Shown: one piece after another, positions 60,445 to 64,000 of the stretch
Numbering within the stretch: the stretch's first letter is position 1
Layout: every line of letters begins with the position of its first letter
Assembly (NCBI GenBank): GCA_003577145.1
Contig: QEUP01000016.1
Coordinates: 964-64,963 of the forward strand
Direction: 5' to 3'
DNA: 64,000 bases
DNA from: Acidobacteriota bacterium
GTDB taxonomy: Bacteria; Actinomycetota; Acidimicrobiia; Acidimicrobiales; Microtrichaceae
Translations under genes and position numbers: made by a program
Notes under the pieces: model-generated
Told to the model about the DNA's origin: nothing
The model's database searches: none
The model's input: the letters and a program-made list of their open reading frames with translations, nothing else

Positions 60445-63400
60445 CTGCCTCGACCCGCGACTGCGACCCGGCAGCGCTCGGTGTCGCCGGGGTGCACGAG
60501 GTAGCCGAGCCCCGGTGAGGACTGGCGAGGGCCGTTGCGCGGCAAGGAGCAGCCGAGCAGCTCACCGTCGAGGACGGGGTCGGGCATGAGGAGCAGCCCG
60601 ACGCCCGCGCGTCGCAGGTGGTTGGTCCAGTGCCCGTACATCCCGTGCAGGCGGGCGGCCCGCCCGGCGGCGATCAGCCTGCCGTCGGCCTCGACACCGC
60701 GCACCAGCGTGTCGAGGAAGCTGTCCTCGACACGGTCGGCGTCGTCGATCAGCAACAGCCAGGCGCGCCCGAGCCGTCTGGTTGCCTCGACCTGCTCAGC
60801 GAGTGCCTCGATCGACGAGCAGCGCAGGGCGGGGCTCGCGTCGAGTGCAGACGATCGGCCGCCGTATGCCAGGACCGTAGTGCCGGGCCTGGTGCGAGCG
60901 ACGATCTGGGCGATCGAGCACAGGGCGGACGAGCGACCCGATCGGGCAGGGCCGGCTATCAGGGCGTGGTCGCCGGGAGCGAGCTCGAAGCCGACCGGCG
61001 CGAGGTCGCGCTCACCGAGCCCGAGGGGCAGCCACCAGCGCTGCGGGCCCAACTCGGCCTCGGCCCGCAGGTCGATGATGTCGAGGCGATCGGGCAACGC
61101 CTTCACCGCGGGAGCGGTTGGGGTGATCGTCGAGTGGCGTCGGACGATCTCGTCGACGGCTTCGTCCGGGTGGGCGGCGATCCCCACCTGCACCTCCAGG
61201 CCGTTCTCGGTCAGGTTCCCCCGACCCCGGCAGCGGGCAGGGGGAACTGCTCTCAGGCCCAGGGCGGCGTAGTCGTGCGGATCGCCTAGTTCGAGCACGA
61301 GCCTCTGTGCGCACGACGACGAGACGTCGGCGGGGAGCCCGACGGGGCTGCGGGCAGTGACGGCAAAAGCCATCCCGAGAGAGGGCCCGTCGCGCACCAG
61401 CCGGCGGAATCGGTCGATGAGCTCGTAGCCCGCAGGGTTGTCGTGCTCGTCGAGGTATGCCTGCAGGTTGTCGACCAGGACGACGACGAGGGGCGAACCG
61501 GCAGCGCGCCCACCCTGTCGACGCTCGAGCTCGCGCTGGAGTTGGGCCGTCAGCCGCCACTGCCTCTCGTGGTCGGCCGCCCGGACGACCCCACCGGTGT
61601 GGGGCAACCGGGTGAGGATCTCGAGGGTGCCCATGTCGAAGTCGAGGCCGTACAGGTGCAGCCGGTCGGGTGGGATCTGCCAACCGAGCGCCAGCCCTGC
61701 GCTGACCAGCGCGGTGGTCGTACCACTACCGGCGACTCCGAGCACGAGGAGGTTGCCGCGGGTCGGGTCCCACCCGACCGGGTACTGCCTCTGGCGATCG
61801 GGATCGTCGGCCACCGCGAGCGGAAGCGCGGTGCCCGGTGAGCAGGCCACCCGGCCCGCCGGGAGCAGCGCTTCCAGCGCCACCACCTCAGGCAGCGGTG
61901 CAGGCCACGGCGGCGCGGGAGTCGACAGGCCGGCGGATCGGTGGGCGAGGGCGACGGTGTCGACGAGGCAACCCAACGCCGTGGGGTCCGCTGGGCAGGG
62001 GTGCGGGGGCGTCGGCGCGGCCCCGTCGAGAGCCGCGACCCGGATCCCCTGTTCGGTGGGCGCCGCAGGGATCGCGCCGGAAGCGACCTGGCACACCCGC
62101 AGGTCCTCAGCCGAGCGGCGGATCAGCGCGCGGCCGGGACGGTGCGGGCTGATGCGCGCAGCGTCGGGCACACCGATCACCTCGGTCGAGTCGCCGGCGT
62201 CGGCGACCCGCAGCGCCACCCGCAGCGAGGTGTTGGCCCGGATGTCCTCGCTGACGGCGCCTGCCGGGCGCTGGGTGGCCAGAACGAGGTGGATCCCCAG
62301 GCTGCGGCCACGCTGGGCGATGCCGACCAGGGCCCGCATGAACTCGGGCAGCTCGGCGGCGAGGGTGGCGAACTCGTCGATCACCACGACGAGACGGGGG
62401 AGGGGAGCCAGGTTCGCTTCGGTACGGCGTCGATCGTGGTATTGCTCGACTCCTTCGGCGCCGTGCTCGCGGAGGAGCCGCTCGCGTCGTCGCAGCTCTG
62501 CATCGAGGCAGCGCAGGGCCCGCTCACCGAGGTGCTCGTCGAGGTCGGTCACCACTCCGACTGTGTGGGGGAGACCGTGGCAGGCGTCGAAGGCGGAGCC
62601 ACCCTTGTAGTCGACCAGCACGAAGCTCAGGTGTTCGGTGTCGTGGTTCGCAGCCAGCGCGACGACGAGGGTGCGGAGCAGTTCGCTCTTGCCCGACCCG
62701 GTCGTGCCTGCGATGAGGGCATGGGGGCCGTCGCCCACCAGATCGACCGACATGACGCCGGCACCGTCGACACCCACGGGGGCCGCCAGCGAGGACCGGC
62801 GCCGGCGGTTCGCCCGCCAGGCGTCGAGCACCCCTTCGACCGGCTCGGGCAGAGCCAACACCTCGGCCAGGGCAACGGTGTCCGGCAGGTGATCGTCGAG
62901 GACCGGCCTCTCGGGATCCTCCCAGCGGGCCAGCCGGCGAGCCAGCGTTGTGGCCTCGGCCTCCCCGAACTGGTCGAGGAGGACGGGCGCCGGGGGGGCC
63001 GGACCGAGCCGGCTGAGGAGCAGGCCGGCTCCGTGGCGGTCGTGGATCTCGATGATCGTCGAGCAGCGAGCCGGGAGCTGATCGGCGGAGCGGGCGAGTA
63101 CCACGCCCGCCGAAGGGCCGTGCAGGCCCGAGAGCAGAGCCCGTATCGGGTTGGCGCTGCCCCCGCAGAGATCGGCTTCGACGACTACGACGTTCACCGG
63201 TGCCGCGCGGCGCTCGGGTTCCCCAGCCGCGTCGTCCAGCAAGCGCTGGGCGAGGTCCTGGGCTGCTGCCGCCTCGCCCGCCAGGCATCCTCGCCCGCCG
63301 GCTGGATCCGCGACATGGGGGAGCCAGTGCGCCCATGACCACGATGCCGACGCCGGGTGAGAGGTCATGACGGCGAGCCGGACGTCGGCGGGACCATGAT

Positions 63401-64000
63401 GCACCACGACCTGGGCGACCAGGCTCCGCGCCACCGCGCCGGATGTTGCCGGATCACCGACGATCCCCACGATGCCACCGCAGGCCAGATCGATGATGAC
63501 AGGCGCCGACTCGAGGTGATCGTGGCCGCGGACGATCAGTGAGGCGGCCTCGTCCGAGACCGGTTCGGCGAGCGGCGGATCCCACGGAGCGCTTCCCAGG
63601 CCCACCCGGAGCCGGAGGAAGTCCTCCTCCCCGGGGCGCCGCTCCCACAACCGGACGCTCGGCAGGTCGCCGCGCCGCATCACCTCGGCGAGGTCCGGGT
63701 GCATCGCCGTGAGCCGCTCCCGGCTGAGGTCAGCGGCAGCTCGGAGGGCCCGTTCGAAGGCGCCGAGGCCCTCGTTCCTGCGCCGGCGTACCGCGCGGGA
63801 GCTCCGGGATGCTTCGCGCCTGCTCTCGACCCATCCGGCGACGACCATCACCGGGCTCAACAGGGCGAACAGGGCCATCAGCGGGCTGAAGAGCACGGCC
63901 ATGACCGCGCCGAGCAGGAGAGGGGTGAGCGTGGCTGCCCAGGACAGCCGCGCCGGCGAGCTTCCGGGGCCAGGCGGTGCGGGAGGGGTGAGCGGCTCCG
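60441..64000 (-). CDS. eccC: EccC/EssC-type FtsK-SpoIIIE family type VII secretion ATPase, N-terminus beyond window
   Basis: Three P-loop domains (IAGTTGSGKSELL, VLGVAGSGTTTAL, IAGPARSGRSSAL) follow N-terminal TM helices. The reading frame stays open upstream of the listed Met at 63902 to the window edge (..LSWAATLTPLLLGAVMAVLFSPLMALFALLSPVMVVAGW). Confidence 0.85.
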   Translation of the reverse strand, partial: EPLTPPAPPGPGSSPARLSWAATLTPLLLGAVMAVLFSPLMALFALLSPVMVVAGWVESRREASRSSRAVRRRRNEGLGAFERALRAAADLSRERLTAMHPDLAEVMRRGDLPSVRLWERRPGEEDFLRLRVGLGSAPWDPPLAEPVSDEAASLIVRGHDHLESAPVIIDLACGGIVGIVGDPATSGAVARSLVAQVVVHHGPADVRLAVMTSHPASASWSWAHWLPHVADPAGGRGCLAGEAAAAQDLAQRLLDDAAGEPERRAAPVNVVVVEADLCGGSANPIRALLSGLHGPSAGVVLARSADQLPARCSTIIEIHDRHGAGLLLSRLGPAPPAPVLLDQFGEAEATTLARRLARWEDPERPVLDDHLPDTVALAEVLALPEPVEGVLDAWRANRRRRSSLAAPVGVDGAGVMSVDLVGDGPHALIAGTTGSGKSELLRTLVVALAANHDTEHLSFVLVDYKGGSAFDACHGLPHTVGVVTDLDEHLGERALRCLDAELRRRERLLREHGAEGVEQYHDRRRTEANLAPLPRLVVVIDEFATLAAELPEFMRALVGIAQRGRSLGIHLVLATQRPAGAVSEDIRANTSLRVALRVADAGDSTEVIGVPDAARISPHRPGRALIRRSAEDLRVCQVASGAIPAAPTEQGIRVAALDGAAPTPPHPCPADPTALGCLVDTVALAHRSAGLSTPAPPWPAPLPEVVALEALLPAGRVACSPGTALPLAVADDPDRQRQYPVGWDPTRGNLLVLGVAGSGTTTALVSAGLALGWQIPPDRLHLYGLDFDMGTLEILTRLPHTGGVVRAADHERQWRLTAQLQRELERRQGGRAAGSPLVVVLVDNLQAYLDEHDNPAGYELIDRFRRLVRDGPSLGMAFAVTARSPVGLPADVSSSCAQRLVLELGDPHDYAALGLRAVPPARCRGRGNLTENGLEVQVGIAAHPDEAVDEIVRRHSTITPTAPAVKALPDRLDIIDLRAEAELGPQRWWLPLGLGERDLAPVGFELAPGDHALIAGPARSGRSSALCSIAQIVARTRPGTTVLAYGGRSSALDASPALRCSSIEALAEQVEATRRLGRAWLLLIDDADRVEDSFLDTLVRGVEADGRLIAAGRAARLHGMYGHWTNHLRRAGVGLLLMPDPVLDGELLGCSLPRNGPRQSSPGLGYLVHPGDTERCRVAVAGRGR

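Overview
Visibly high-GC, densely coding chromosomal segment of actinobacterial type: about 60 CDS, one tRNA-Arg(CCG), and no rRNA, CRISPR, transposase or integrase. GTG/TTG starts, 4-nt ATGA start/stop overlaps and long Arg/Pro-rich antisense shadow ORFs are frequent, so many ORF-track entries are artefacts or over-extended at the N-terminus. I trimmed these by family recognition and RBS position. Much of the window is core metabolism with mycobacteria-like synteny: WhiB1-like next to PdtaS-like kinase, DUF3107 plus two ArsA-type ATPases, argS-lysA, etfBA, metY, and the SCO1664-family/DUF3090/phosphomutase triad. F420/flavin LLM oxidoreductases, Mrp/ApbC, an MsrPQ-like Mo-oxidoreductase pair, CorA and a Kef-USP fusion are also present. 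Between these sit poorly characterised envelope or regulatory modules. (1) A MalT-like STAND ATPase ends in a SARP (wHTH+BTAD) output, next to two divergent paralogous 7-blade PD40-type secreted propellers whose shared promoter carries CTTAG repeats at 11-bp spacing. (2) A GT-C glycosyltransferase is followed by a membrane-anchored Hsp70 nucleotide-binding-domain protein, whose extracytoplasmic 4-Cys domain recurs in the adjacent lipoprotein. (3) Two tandem paralogous membrane proteins share an unrecognised 4-Cys C-terminal domain, with a 6 x 16-bp tandem repeat between them. (4) A partial EccC-type three-ATPase type VII secretion motor is translationally coupled to a tail-anchored Ser/Thr kinase. 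Two families of conserved intergenic hairpin repeats (3 and 2 copies), a MazF toxin module with a palindromic operator, and several candidate operators were also seen. All functional calls rest on motif and family recognition by eye. No database search was run.
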